A DNA stretch of 54,453 nucleotides, counting the filler, from Bipalium vagum (taxonomy: Eukaryota), in assembly GCA_037834085.1 (NCBI GenBank). It is 3 parts of 3 records of this genome, joined end to end, with 100 filler letters (N's around TTAATTAATTAA, not from the genome) between each part and the next. Parts side by side here need not be neighbours in the genome. Positions count along the whole stretch, not along the records: positions 19,614 to 35,474 come from JBBMKC010141881.1; positions 35,575 to 54,453 come from JBBMKC010016797.1; 1 more part is not named here. One strand, given 5' to 3'. Shown here one piece after another: positions 26,291 through 39,739 of this stretch. The notes under the pieces are model-generated. The model had not been told where the DNA came from, made no database searches, and saw nothing but the letters and a program-made list of their open reading frames with translations. A program made the translations under genes and the position numbers. Within the stretch, counting starts at the first letter, position 1. Each line of letters opens with the position of its first letter.

Positions 26291-29200
26291 TTCTAATTAT
26301 TGTAAGTAGGATGAGTGCTTCAAAGAAGAAATAATTACTTCAGTCAGACAAAAACTGATTTTCTATCCTTTCACAGAAGCCCTTTTTGGGGAAACTAAAA
26401 AATCCCTTTATAACACTAAATCAACCCTATGAAATCAGTTATTTTGTCAATACTGTCCAAAAGATATTAGATGAAATGGGTGGAATTGAATAGAATATGA
26501 TATTGGAAAGGATTGAAAAATGGTTTTGGGAATTGATCGCTTGTATTATCTGTTGGGCGTTATTTATTTTTTTATTGTTATTTTGTTAATATGTTGATAT
26601 GAGTTCCCAAAAATTATTCCTACCATTTTTTTGAAAAGGAACAAGATTAGTGTGATAAATATAGATTCCAACTATATAAGGAGCTCCCCAAACCATTAAA
26701 TTCAGTTACATCAAGGAGGTTGAGAGTGTTTACCATTCTTGAAGAGTAAAAAGAATTTCTGAAAATCTGTTGGAAACGAAATCTTTTATTCTTAAATTAC
26801 ATTTTAATACATTAAAAAATTAGGAAACAAAATCTTATAATGAACTTAAAATGAAAATATCATTTTAATACCGTAGTATTATATTTGTGACAAAAATACG
26901 TACTTTTTTGAGAAAATAATAATTTTTCTTTAGTACCATTGTCAATCAGTGAAATGATGTTAATTTATAATTTTGAGATTATTAATTTGGAAATATTTTT
27001 CATTTGGTTTTTCTCAAATAAATATTTAAGATAAATATTTTTATGTCATGAAATAATTCGATTGTTATTTTAAACAAATTTACAAGAGAGGTAAACATAA
27101 TTTCAAAAAAATATTATAAAAAAAATTTTTCAAATAATTTACTAAATATATAATAATGACAATAAATAAGTAATTATTTATATTATATAATTTGAAAATA
27201 AATTGTTCTTAAGATAATTATTAATAGATAATTTTTCATATACGTAACATGGAGTATATTTTTTACAATTTATTTTGGAAAAGAAATGCAAATTTTATTA
27301 ATTTAGTATTTTTTAATTTTACAAAAATGAGTTATATTTCTTCTTTGAAAAAATTTAAGGACTGATTTAGTGAAAATGATTGCAATATTTTATTTTCAAT
27401 TATTGTCTTTTCCTTGATGGAACATCATTTCGACATGATAATTCAGAACAAGGGTATAATAGATATAAATATTTTTGTCGAGGAATTTATATCACGACTG
27501 AATTAAAATGGATTATTTATTTTATTCGAAATGTTTACTTAAGTCTGGAGACCCTTGAAAAATGAGGGAAACGAAATTATTCTCATATAAAGAGAATTAT
27601 ACTAAAACTGATTGACACTTCAATTATCCTCAAATTTAAGGAAGGTGCCCTTCACATAGAGGCCAATTTCATATTTGCAAACTTAAAAAAATGTTATATC
27701 ATTCAAAAAAGAGACCGATTTTAGTACTTAACTTACATAGATGGTCGATTTGATAATATACATACGAAAGTTTAACAATTTTTAAAGTGGTATCTATTTT
27801 AATAAGAAAAATCGCATTTAAGTTCAAGATAAAAAACGGAAACGTAATGACAAAGATAAGATAATTATCAAAATCCGGAAATGAGGAGAAAACAATGGAT
27901 ATTGACAATGTTGTCACAAATTCATATGGACATTGCAACTCTGTGACCACCTGATGGCATTCGACAAAAAAGACTTTCCTACAATAATTTGACTGAAACT
28001 GTTTTGATTATTTAATAAAAACGTACAACTGAAAAATTGCAAAATTTCAAAAGTTTCAATTAATTTGATAATTATATAATATTAAAGAAGCTAAAACGAA
28101 TTAGAAAATCAAATACTAAACTTTATTTTCAAGCAAGTACCATGGGACAAAATTTCTGAGCAATTCTCTTAATTCAAGCAACTGAGCACAATTCCTTTGA
28201 ACTGTTACCCATTAGAGAATATATGTTGCTGATTAAATGGGACCACACTGGTGAGCTGAGAACATACTGAGCCTTAGATGTCGTTATGCAAATTTGTCTG
28301 GCACGTTTTGTCTTCAGCATCACAGCCTAACCGTGAACTGCCACTCTTAGATTTTCCTAAGGTAAATCAGCTCAAATATGAATAAGCTATTTAAAATGTA
28401 AAATAAAACTAAGTCGACTCAATGCTCAAAGAGCTACAACCTAAATGGCTTGAAAATAATGAGCTGTGTTTTAGGCATGTGGTCAAAATAAACCTGATTT
28501 CCCTGTCACGTCCCTTAAGAATTGGAGCTTTTTAATGATTTCAGATAAAAATTCAATGAAAGACATCAATAAATTATAAAATTTGTAATATGAGTTAACG
28601 ATTAATTTAGTAAGTGTGTCCATTTATTTTGTTTTAATTGTTCAATATTAAAATGTTATTACAAGGCATAACGAAATTAATAAATCATTATAATTAGCTT
28701 TCTTCTTGATTTAAACAAAACCATTGTTCTTTTGACAATGACTTGTTTTGTAACATTAATCAAATGAATCTTTATTTATTTATTTATTTATTTTATGAAG
28801 ATTTTTATATATTTTTTCCCAATCTTTCTCTTCAGACCAAAAAAGAAACGACCAAAACTCATTGGAAAAGCGAAAGTTCAACAAAATTTACAATTGTCAT
28901 TGTATTGACAACGAATTGTTAAATAAAATTTCGTTAATGCTTTATTATTATATTTTTTAACTGGGGTCCATTTCATAAAGTATGTTGTTCCTTTGGGCAT
29001 TTATATAAAATAGATATCCACATTTTTATTTCTTTTTCTTTTGTGTCAACATACAATAGTTGGTGAAATATCACAAAAAATGGAGACTTCCCATCATTTT
29101 ATGGATATATTAAACATATAACAAATTACCAAACAATGGAATAATATATCGATGTGAAATAATACAATTAAAACGATGTGTTTAATTTTACTATTGTTTA

Positions 29201-29851
29201 GATTATTTAACAGAAACTTTTAATCTAATTAATTATTAATTGTACTGTTTAAATTTCATTATATAATGAATATAAACATATATGTATTAATAGTAATAGT
29301 TTTTCCAACCATGTCCAAATTAGTCAATAAAACAAAAATTATTTTCCGGAACAATTTCTTTGTTTAAATTTATCACTTTGTTACAGTTTTTATTTTATTT
29401 TATCAAAATCGCCGTTTTTTTTGTAAAATCTCCGCCTGATACTCATTTATAAAAGTAACACAAGAAATCGAATCTTTTAATTATTGATCATTTGTTCAGT
29501 AAAAGTTTAATTATTTATTAATTATTGTCATGGAATTATCTGAAAACAATTTTCCCACAATCTTAAGTGTAAAATGAAGAAAAACATAAATATATCATTT
29601 TATTTTACTGATTTTAAATAAACATACTTTTATTCAAATCTCAGATTGTCAAAAAATTTTTATATTTAAATTTAAACTGAAAATAAATTATTTTTTATAA
29701 TTGTTTAGAAGTATTAAATATAAATGATATGATATTATGAAGTAATAAAATTTTTCACAAATTGCAATCATCTAATTTATAAGATTTTATATAGAATTAT
29801 GAACGAATAGAATAAGAAAAATAACACAAGATTTTGGTATTAATTAATATA

Positions 29852-31065
29852 CAGGGTGTTTATTATGTATGTTAACATACTTTATTTTTAAAAATTTTAA
29901 AAATAAAGGTATTACTAATTTGTTTATATGGATTAAAAGTTTAATAATCCATTTAGTTAATAATAAAATAAAATGGCTTTGCGATTTTCGGTAGAAGAAA
30001 GAATTCAAATTGTTGTATGGAACTCCAAATTTGATAATTTTTAAGAATTAATTAGACATTGGAAAAAGAAGTTTATTACTTCACCACCAAGTAGGAAAAC
30101 AATTAAAAAAATAGTGGAAAAGTTTAAGAAGACTGGATTTGTTCATGACCAAGTAAAACCCGGCCAACAACGAAAACAATTCAAAGAGTTGGTTGAAGAA
30201 TCTAGCACTTTGTCAGTTCGGCAGGGTGCTAGGGAACTTGACATGACTGTAAGCAGCTATTACAAGACAATTAATGAAGCAGACTTTCATTCATTTAAGC
30301 TGTCAACCGTAATTGAGATCAGCGATGACGACTTTGAGCGAAGAATGGAATTTTGTCAGACAATGTTGGTACAATTTCAAGATGACTCTTCCTTGGTCAA
30401 CAAGATAATATGATCAGACGAGAGTAAGTTCATGCTCAATTGAGTTGTTAACCGCCACAATTGTTGCTATTGAGCCATCCCTAACCCTAAAATAACAATT
30501 CCTATTAGAAACTCCAGGGTCGGGATAACGGTGTGGTGTGGTTTAAGTTCATAAGGTATCATTGGGCCATACTTCTTCGAAGCTATGGTAATTGGTGAGT
30601 CATACCAGGAGATACTGAAAAAGTTTTTATGGCCTAGAATAACAAGAGGTCGCACTATTCGCAGCAAGTCAGGAGCTTGCTAGACAAAATGTCCCCAAAT
30701 CGCTGCTTTGGGAGACAAGGTGCAATTGAGTGGCCTCCTCGTTCGCCCGATCTAACTCCGCCAGACTTCTTCTTGTGGGGATATCTAAAACAAAATGTGC
30801 ACAGAGACAGACCTCATACAATCGCTGAGCTTAAGGATAAAATCAGTCATGTTTGTAATGAAGTGTTCCAGCGAGCATTTCTAAATGTACTGTCTCGATT
30901 AAGCCATTACCTAGCTATCAACGGGCGTCAAATTATATAATTACATATTGTATTTGTTTTTAAATATATTTTATTCACATAAAAAAGTATTACCTAATTT
31001 ATATCTTTATCGTTTGTTAAAATATGTAAAATGAAAGTATGTTTACATACATAATAAACACCCTG
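29852..31065 (+). mobile_element. DD41D/rosa-type (IS630-Tc1-mariner) transposon, full extent, pseudogenised
   Basis: TA-flanked TIRs CAGGGTGTTTATTATGTATGTTAACATACTTT / AAAGTATGTTTACATACATAATAAACACCCTG. Transposase starts at ATG 29973: MALRFSVEERIQIV.., I*SDESKF, VNRHNC, WPPRSPDLTPPDFFLWGYLK. There are several stops, and the QDGAP motif is deleted. Confidence 0.9.
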
Positions 31066-32695
31066 TATAAATGTAATATTTGAACTTATAATGAATTACA
31101 CAATCGTGACCTTTATATTTCTTCGTGATAAAAACTTAAATCCAATAAAATAAAAATGAAGACTAATGCAAAAATCATAATATATTTTATTTTAATGGGA
31201 TAACAAATAAAGAGTAAAGGTGCACCTTGCACCTCACAGAAGAAACAAAATTGATTTACTATAATATCTAAAAATAACTGAAATTTGGGTGACTTGCTGC
31301 GCAAAAGTATTATAAAAACCCAGTCACTATTGAGCATCTCAAAAAACCCAGGAATAAATAGAGAAAATATCTATTTAATAGTATTTCTTTGAAGATTTGA
31401 CAGTCTTCAGGTGAACCCTATGATGGTCTGGCTAATGATCAACGAACCCATTGTTCTGAGAGACTTTACAAAAATGTTTTTCTTTATTTTTTTAATTGCT
31501 TACGTTTAATTGATTAAAACAGTAAATTCATATTTTTAAAAATTTTTTTCATTTGATTATTATCTGGGTTATATATCTGATTAGAAAGAAGTATTTCATT
31601 ATTTGGATTTGCTTTGATTGTGTAGACGTAGTAATTTTACTTAAATATCTGGACTATCATTCTTAGTCTTAACTAATAAGCTGTGACCTAAACTTGGTGT
31701 ATTGCGTTTGTTAATATTTGAAAAATTATTAACCACAACGTATGCTTAATCTGATTCCAAAGATCTTTTGGTTGGGTACTTTACGTGAAACAATAGACTT
31801 ATTAAAATTTTGGGTTGATACACACTAACAACGATAAAGTTTTGGTTCATAAGTTAACGAAAGATTAACACAAAAGAAAATATTTCTTTCTTCAAGCTGG
31901 TGCTTATCCTACGTCTGAAATTTCAAATATACCGATATTTTCATGAATACCTCAGATATTCTTATCGGGGGTTCCAATTTATCAAAATTCAGTGATGAAT
32001 GAAATATATTAGGATGAAAATGGAAGTTAGAGTTGAAGGTAATATGATATGAATGAATAAAATGAGCAACAATGCCATGAAACATTGGTACTCGAGTAAT
32101 TATTTATTAAATCAATACCAGATTCAAAATCAATATCAAAAAAAGTTTGTATAATTTCAAATCGAGCATTTTTCCTTTCTGGTATTGGCACTTCAAATAC
32201 CAATATCTCAAAATTTGCAATAGCTACTTTGGGCTATGAAAAGTGCCCATAGTGTAATTTATTTTTGATTTTTGGGAACAAAAAGAAGGCACAAGGTGAT
32301 TTTTCAGGTGAATACGGCTACATTTTAGTACCTACAAAATCGATAGTTTGATATAAGAGAGCTTGAGTTGACAATTTGTCGATTTCAATTATTTTATTTA
32401 TTTTTATTATTTTGGATATCATCTGCAGTAAGAAAACTGTCATAACTCTTATTTCAAATGTTTATCTATTTTTACATAAACTCATTAATTTGAATTTATG
32501 ATAATTTAATGTCGAATTTTATGATTGTTAGTTATAAACGTGGATATCTCTTAAATTACTTGATTCCGCAAAATTTCCAAGAACCCAGCGTTTTAATAAT
32601 TTTTATTGTTTTATTATGATCATATTTTTGTCTTTTTCACATTAGAATATTATTATATTTAATTGCATATTGTGAGATAAATTGAAAGTTAGTCG

Positions 32696-32767
32696 GGGGA
32701 TGTAGCTCAGCGGTCAGAGCAATGCATGCGCATGTGAAGGTCCCGGGTTCGAATCCCGGTATCTCCG
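32696..32767 (+). tRNA. tRNA-Ala-like gene (nominal anticodon CGC) with a non-canonical anticodon arm; possibly a pseudo-tRNA
   Basis: Acceptor GGGGATG/TATCTCC with G3:U70, D-stem GCTC/GAGC, T-arm CCGGG-TTCGAAT-CCCGG, intact A and B boxes, and a TTTT run starting 6 nt downstream. The anticodon stem does not pair in canonical register. Confidence 0.8.
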
Positions 32768-32999
32768 ATTAATTTTCAACTAACACATATAATTAGTAAA
32801 ACGTTTGATTCGAATATATATATATTATTATAAAATTAATATTAATATATTTTTAGGTTGTGATATATAAAATACCATATTTCAATAGTAAATTTTTGAA
32901 AATCTTTTACACTCTTATATAAATTGAAATAAATTATATAATTATATTTAATTTTGAAATCATAATATTTTCACATGTGTTTAAGTAATCCAATAAATT

Positions 33000-34075
33000 C
33001 TTAGATATCAGAAATAAAGAAAACTGACAAAGAAATTCATATAATGTACTTATACAAATGGAAATGACAACCTGCAGCCTCATACGCTGATGAAAATAGT
33101 AATTTGATATTTGACAAGGGTACGGGTAATGAATGCACCATTAGGCGGTGATATAAAAAATTTGCAGAAAATGACGAAAGCTGATCAAAGACAAACCGCA
33201 GTGGGTCCAGAAGCGACATTGAAAATACCGGCTTAAGCAACAAGATAAGATTAAATTCAAGTTAACTGTTGAGGATCTTGCCAAAGTATTCATTGTTATT
33301 CCAAGATATTTTGAAAGCGGCTGGTAAAGTTGAATAGACTCAACCATGGATTTAGCATTTACTGAACCAGTCACAAAAAATAAGCGACTTAAAATTTACA
33401 AATAATTTTTTATTACTCAATGAAATGGATTCATTTTTAAGTCGTATTATAACAAGTGATGAAAATGGATTTTCTAAAATAGCCGAAGGCGTTCAGCACA
33501 ATGGATAAATGTCTATCAATATCTGTGCTCTTGCAAGAAACATGTTCCGCACTCCAAAAATATTGCTTATCCTCTAGTGATCCATGACTGGTATCATACA
33601 TCTTTCTTGTTAGATTCTGGTGAGACTACAGGAGCAGATAAGTACTGCACCAATCTAAAAATAATATACAAAAATTAAACGTTTAAATTACTTTCTTAAG
33701 TGGCAAAAATGAAAGGAGTAACACTGCTGTGTAACAATGCACAGTCACATGTATACAAAAAGGCTTCGTAAAATCTAACTGAACTAAAAATAGAAAGTCT
33801 GCAGTATCCTCCGTATTACAAACACCCGGAGTCAACGGATTATCTTTTCTTTAAGCATTTACATATTTCCTGAGGGGAGGATATCGAAATGGGTATTTTC
33901 GAGTTCATCACTTTTAGAAAATAAGATCTTTACATAAATGAGATTCAAAACCTGGTAACCCATTGGCAAAAATGTGTTGAATGACATAGGTTTTATTATT
34001 AGTGAATTAAAAAAAGTCTTGTGTCTTTATTTCTTTTATTACATAATTGGATATATTATATGAAAACTTAATATC
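33000..34075 (+). mobile_element. mariner (Hsmar1/cecropia-like) pseudogene, near full length
   Basis: KGTGNECTIRR*YKKFAENDES, FLSRIITSDE, NSRRRSAQW, LLCNNAQSH, YPPY..TDYLFFKHL and LVTHWQKCVE are collinear with an Hsmar1-type transposase. Many lesions. Confidence 0.85.
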
Positions 34076-35474
34076 ATAAAATCTTAACAATAAAGAAAAG
34101 TAATCTTCATATGAAACACTTCAATTGAAGTATTCAATACTAAAAAATTATTATTATATTAGTTAATCTAATGAGAAATATATGCAAACTTTTTCAACTG
34201 TTGACATAGATGGTAATTTCATTAAAGTGGAACATTGAAATAAATATTTAAGCCAGAAAGTTTGTATATTTTGATTTTCCAAACCTTCTTATGTAGAAAA
34301 AAGAAAAGAGCTGGGTTGATTAACAGGGATATTGATGGACACATTTTCCTATGAATCATGGAGGAGTAAAGTATTTTAAGTGATCAGAATCAGGGAAATG
34401 TTATCACAAAAGAAGACTTAAAATAAATAAGAAAAGCAACTGAATGAGCCCACTTTAAATTAATTGAGTTTTGGTAAATTTTAGCTTTTCTTTAATTTAT
34501 TATTAATATTCAATTTAATTAATTGTCTTCACCAAGAAACTAACTTTCATCATCATTGCTAATTTCAATATTATTTATTTTATTTATTATTTTATTTTCA
34601 TATTAATCGTGTGTTATTTTTCAAGATTAGAATTCAGAGATTAATTTTACATTGGTTTTTATTTTAATTGTTTCTATTTTCATCATGTACTTCTTAAATA
34701 AAAAAATATTTTTATTTTTATTTTTAATGTTATTTTATAATCCTTAATCCGAAATTGAAAGAACTGAAAATACATGAATATTTACATACATAAAAAGTCT
34801 AATTATAGAAATATAAAATTAGTAAACGGAATAGAAAAGTGATGAAGAAAGGTATAGATTAAAACCCTTCTGTAATTTAAATACATTCATATGAATATTT
34901 CTTTTATTTTAACATAATTCTTAATATTTGATGTGATTGGGTGTTTAATATATCCCTGAAACTTAAAATACTCATTCCTACCGTGGATACCCTTCAAGTA
35001 ATAATATAAATAAAATATATAATTGTTTTTTTTACTACAATAGACTTTTAAAATAGAGATAGCACCGACTTATTATTGTTTATCGGTATTTTTTTAGAAA
35101 ATTTAATATAAATTTTATTTTTATTTTTTGTTGCCTACAAAGGTTTCTGAATTGTACCGACGTTAGATGGTTAGTGCAATATCCGAAAGTCACATTAATA
35201 TTTGGCTTAGGTGCAACGCATTTATGGTTAATGGAATTTTCTTTGAAGTGGGTCATAAAATACCTTTCATTTTTAAAATTTCATTCTGAAGAAGTGAATA
35301 ATAACTTAAAAATTGTAAAAATTATTTTGAAATTTTTAAAAAAGAAATTTTGTTTTTAGATTTTCAGTTAATTAACACTTTGAAAATATAAGAACTATAA
35401 TAATAATAATAATACTAATAATATTAATAATAATAATAATTAATAATAATTAATAATAATATTATTAATAAATA

Positions 35475-35574
35475 NNNNNNNNNNNNNNNNNNNNNNNNNN
35501 NNNNNNNNNNNNNNNNNNTTAATTAATTAANNNNNNNNNNNNNNNNNNNNNNNNNNNNNNNNNNNNNNNNNNNN
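35475..35574. other. Artificial contig linker (N44-TTAATTAATTAA-N44)
   Basis: Identical to 19514-19613. Confidence 0.98.
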
Positions 35575-35725
35575 TCAATGAGTTTTACTCGGTGTGGAAT
35601 ATTATAAACATTCATTTAAATTCCAAGAAATGCTTTATATTATCTAAAAAATTTTTTTAAAAATCATTTATATTTTCAATTTCAGATCAATTTTAAATTG
35701 GTAAGTCTTTTAGTGGCCACCCTGT
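35575..35725. mobile_element. Terminal fragment of a CAGGGTG-TIR Tc1/mariner element
   Basis: Ends ...CTTTTAGTGGCCACCCTG|TA; the rest is cut off by the contig boundary. Confidence 0.5.
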
Positions 35726-35739
35726 ACATGATAAAATGC

Positions 35740-36230
35740 TAATATTAATGAATGATGAGTAACATCAACGCCCTTTCCTTTTGAAGCAATAATCTTATCC
35801 ACAATTGAGACTGTACATCGAATAAAGAAGTCAGTGTGTCTACCTTCGTCGACCAGAAATCAGCTTGCAAATTGGTCCACAATTGGTCTAGACGTTGACT
35901 TTTGGCATCGCTTATTCAAGGAATTGGAGTGATGGCTGTATTAAAGTTGTCACCGAAATTATTTAATTTTTCCACATTTTTTTTACCAACATGTGGACGG
36001 GCATTATTCATTCGGACACCAGTTTAACACCAGTTCATGTTTTGCAGATAAGTATGTATTACTTGTTTCTCGTGTCTCATCTTTTTGTTTGCAGTTCTCC
36101 AAACTAATTAGTTGAAACTTAGCTCTTTCAGAAAGACTCTTCAGTTACATCGAAGTGACAGATTATTCTTGACTTTAAACAAAAATGTTTGTTGTTTTAA
36201 TAATACAAATATATTCTGTCGAAATGAATC
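35740..36230 (-). mobile_element. mariner remnant
   Basis: Minus-strand MNNARPHVGKKNVEKL (HDNARPH motif) at ~35965-36011. Confidence 0.55.
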
Positions 36231-36239
36231 GTCTTAGTT

Positions 36240-37283
36240 TTTGTACTCATTTTTATTTGTGTAAATTGTAGAACTTTAAAGCATCTAAATCTTTTTTGAA
36301 GTTGATTATGGATGTTAACCCTTAGTCGATCTGTATATTTAATACTAATATTTTTGGTGGTTAGAAATAGGTTTACTACCTTTTGAGTAACAAGTTAAAG
36401 TTGAGTATACCAAGAGATAAAAATAAAATGTGACTTGAATCTCAAGAAAACCTTAACAATTTGGTGACCCGTCATGGTTAAAGGCACCCATCTTGTGTAT
36501 ATATTGATTAATTATTAATAATTAACCAATATTAATTAAAAGCGATAATAACTGAGTTAATTGTAGAAGAGATTATAATTCTCTATCGTCGTTGACATTA
36601 TTGATTGCTAAAAGTTTTATGTGTATATCGTCCGCCGTCTGGCAAGAGAGGCTAACATGAATATCGTGGGCGTAACACAATCACCAACAAGATTGATGGA
36701 TTTAAAGAATACCATGGTTGACAGAATTCTCGGAGATGACGTGAATAAAACACTAAGAAAAATATTTTTAGTGAAAAATTTCATTTTGAAATGTTGAAAA
36801 AAATAAGTATCATTTAGGTTTGGTTGCAGGACAACCATTTGGTCCACGATCAGAATAGAACAATTCATTAAAGTCAACTGTTAAAAACTAATCCTTGGCA
36901 GACTATTGATGAATTGAAAAGAGACAAATATTGAATCACGTCTGAGTACACATTCAATAGTAAATTTAGCATCAAGTTCAATAACATTTTTTATGTGAAG
37001 CACGCGGATATGAGTAGAGAATCTCCGAAGAGGAGAGGAAGTGTATTCTGAACCTACGGAATAAAGTGAGTCACATTTGAAAGTTCAATAAGATCCCGAT
37101 GTCATAAATGTGAAAAAGATAATCTTAGGACTTTTGAATAAAGACTTTTGAACATACAGTGTACCTGGTGCGATAAACCATGGCATGAGGAAAAGATATA
37201 TTGAAGTTAACCAAGAGCTATAAATAATAACCCCATGAAGATTTACAGAAAGACTGAGTAAATGTTAACGAGAATATCAAATG
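36240..37283 (+). mobile_element. Possible Gypsy-like LTR retrotransposon remnant (LTR end, PBS, gag trace)
   Basis: ...AACA-ATT-TGGTGACCC (PBS-like, 36462-36470), then gag-like MVDRILGDDVNKTLRKIFL. Appears interrupted by the Tc1 at 37286. Confidence 0.4.
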
Positions 37284-37285
37284 TA

Positions 37286-38574
37286 CATTACTGATTTTAA
37301 GTTTAAGACACCCTATATAAATATATACATATATATAAGAAAAGAAAATGACACATATTTTTATGGATAATTATACATGCTAGTATTTTGTGATATAACC
37401 ATGGTGTCGAACAACTTGCTGAAGACCTATTGAAGAAACCATACGCTCACAATGTTTACTTGATAATGATAACCAAGCTTCATGAATACTTTCAATGAGT
37501 TCTTCAACATTGCGAACTGCTTTCCTTGTCACATTCTGCTTCATTATACTCCATATATTTTCAATACAGTTCAGATCTGGACTTTGAGCATGCCATGGTT
37601 CAATGCAATCGTCCATATTATGATCATGTAACCATTGCTGAGCTTTTTTTGATTTATGAACAGGGCTATTTTTCATAACAATTTTGAAATCTTGGATTCT
37701 CTAATGCCATAATGAAATCATCAGCCTTGGCATTATTACTGAAGACATGAAGAACACCAGCACCGCTAAACGTCATTGTTCCGAAAACCATGACAGGTTT
37801 TCCTCCACCTACAGCCTTAATAGCAACACAATCTGAATTCCATGTCTTTGAGGACAACCTACGAACAACAAAGCGACGATTTTGAGGAAACAAGGCAAAG
37901 GAGCATTCATCTGTCCAGATAATTCGATTCCAATCTTCTGCTTGCCAACTTAATCTACCGAAACACCATTGGATTCTAGCCTGTCTATTACCAACACGAA
38001 ACATGGGAACTTTATAATTAGTCCTAGCTCTAAGTTTGTACTTAACCAAAATTTTGGGGACATGTGATTCTGATATATTAATACTCGATGCTTTCCTCAA
38101 TTCTGCCGATGTTGCACGACAATTCTGTCTGCATAAATGATATAAGTATCGTTTATTTCGGAAAGTAAATAGCTTTGGACGCCCAGATCTAGGACGATGT
38201 TTGACCATTCCTGTTTCTTCAAATCGACGGATTGTTTGCAAAACACATGTCCTTGATACTTGTAAAACTTCGGCTATGCGCTTCTTAGTTGTTCCGACAC
38301 GATGTGCCCAAATAATTTTCCAGTATAATGAATTGTCTATTGTTCGTTTACCCATATAAATTTCTAAATAATAATATGGTATTTTAAATGATTTAACTTA
38401 ATAATAAAAAATTTAATTTTAAGTGATAAAATTTTAATTCAAAAAAATAAATCATTAAATGATTAAAATAGCTTATTAAATGAAATATGAAAATGATAAA
38501 AATTGATAAAAATTGATATAAATGAATTACAATTCAGTTTTATGTGGGGTGTCTTAAAATTAAAATCATTACTG
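37286..38574 (-). mobile_element. Tc1-family transposon, near-intact; frameshifted transposase 38355-37380
   Basis: TA-flanked 28-bp TIRs with 3 mismatches (CATTACTGATTTTAAGTTTAAGACACCC / GGGTGTCTTAAAATTAAAATCATTACTG). ORFs carry RPRSGRPK, IIWTDE, and WHAQSPDLNCIENIW..GYITKY. There is a frameshift near 37680, and the second Asp is apparently lost. Confidence 0.93.
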
Positions 38575-39043
38575 TACTAACTGTAGTTGATATTAGCAAG
38601 TTCAAAGAAGTTGCTTCATAAGCGCGGTGGATAGTACTACTGAAAGACATGTAAGAGTACTGTGAATGCAAAACCTAAGTATTTGTTGGTGACTCTATAT
38701 TAATGACTGAAGAGGAATAAGGATTCGGAGAGAAAAGTAGAGATAATCAAATAAATAATTATATATTTATAACTACATTTACTTACAAACTTTCTTTTCG
38801 AAAATAATTGCGCAATATAAATTTTTTTATTTATATAAAGTAAAATTAACATTTTAAACTTGGTATTTTTTTTACTATTTTTTATTTTGCATAAAACTTT
38901 TTGTATATTGTATTGTTAGCGCAACTCTTGCTCAGCTCACCTGACCTGCAATGATGCTGCTGTGGGCTTACGTAAAGTGCTCGCTATCTCAATCTCTAAC
39001 AAAACACAAAAACAAACACTAAAAATGTATTAAATAAAATTAG

Positions 39044-39473
39044 TGTGAAACCCTTTTTATTTATAACAATCAAACTGCAACAGGCAGTCACTATCAAACA
39101 AACTGCAACACTCGACAGCCACAGAAAAACATCAGAATACTTCAGGCAGTCACTCAAAAGAATCAATAAGCTGCTCAGGCAGTCTCTCAACACACTCTAA
39201 TTAAAGGCTTTGCCAGGGAAATCCCTGTTGAGGATAAATAGAATTATCAAAAACATACTTGTATATCTTTTGATAATTTTTTGGGTGAAAACTAATGAAT
39301 TTTCGCTGGTTTATATACTATTTTGCACTTCATTTTAGAGTCTTTGATTGGCCAATTAACCTGTCAATCATGACGTACTTTCTATAATTAATTTTTTATT
39401 ATTATAATTTTATTATTATAATAATTTTTAATTTATTATAATTAAATTATAATTAAAGAATTTTAGGGTGACA
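39044..39473 (-). mobile_element. Possible solo LTR
   Basis: On the minus strand it begins TGTCACCCT and ends AGGGTTTCACA, with CCAAT (~39347-39355), TATATAAA (~39310-39317) and AATAAA near the end, in LTR order. No TSD seen. Confidence 0.4.
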
Positions 39474-39739
39474 TGCTACTGATTAAAAATCAATAGTTGC
39501 TCTTAAAATAATATTTTTAATTTATTTTTTAAAAATTATTTGATTAATTTGAATTCATAATAAATAATTTTAAAAAAATTTTAAATTAGCCAGCATGTTA
39601 TTGAAATTTTATTTTTTGCCAAAAATTGTATTTACAGAAAGTTAAAAGACAGGAGTTCAACTTCAACAATATGTTTCAAATTATCTTTATTAATTGATTA
39701 TATTTCATGTAATAATTCCAGGCTGTTTTAAACATCCAG

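Noticed and set aside
29973-30940. TGA at conserved Trp positions in several transposases, suggesting a UGA=Trp code
   Set aside because: TAA/TAG stops and frameshifts also interrupt the same elements. Host genes use TGG for Trp, and INTS6 ends in TGA. This is ordinary G>A decay.
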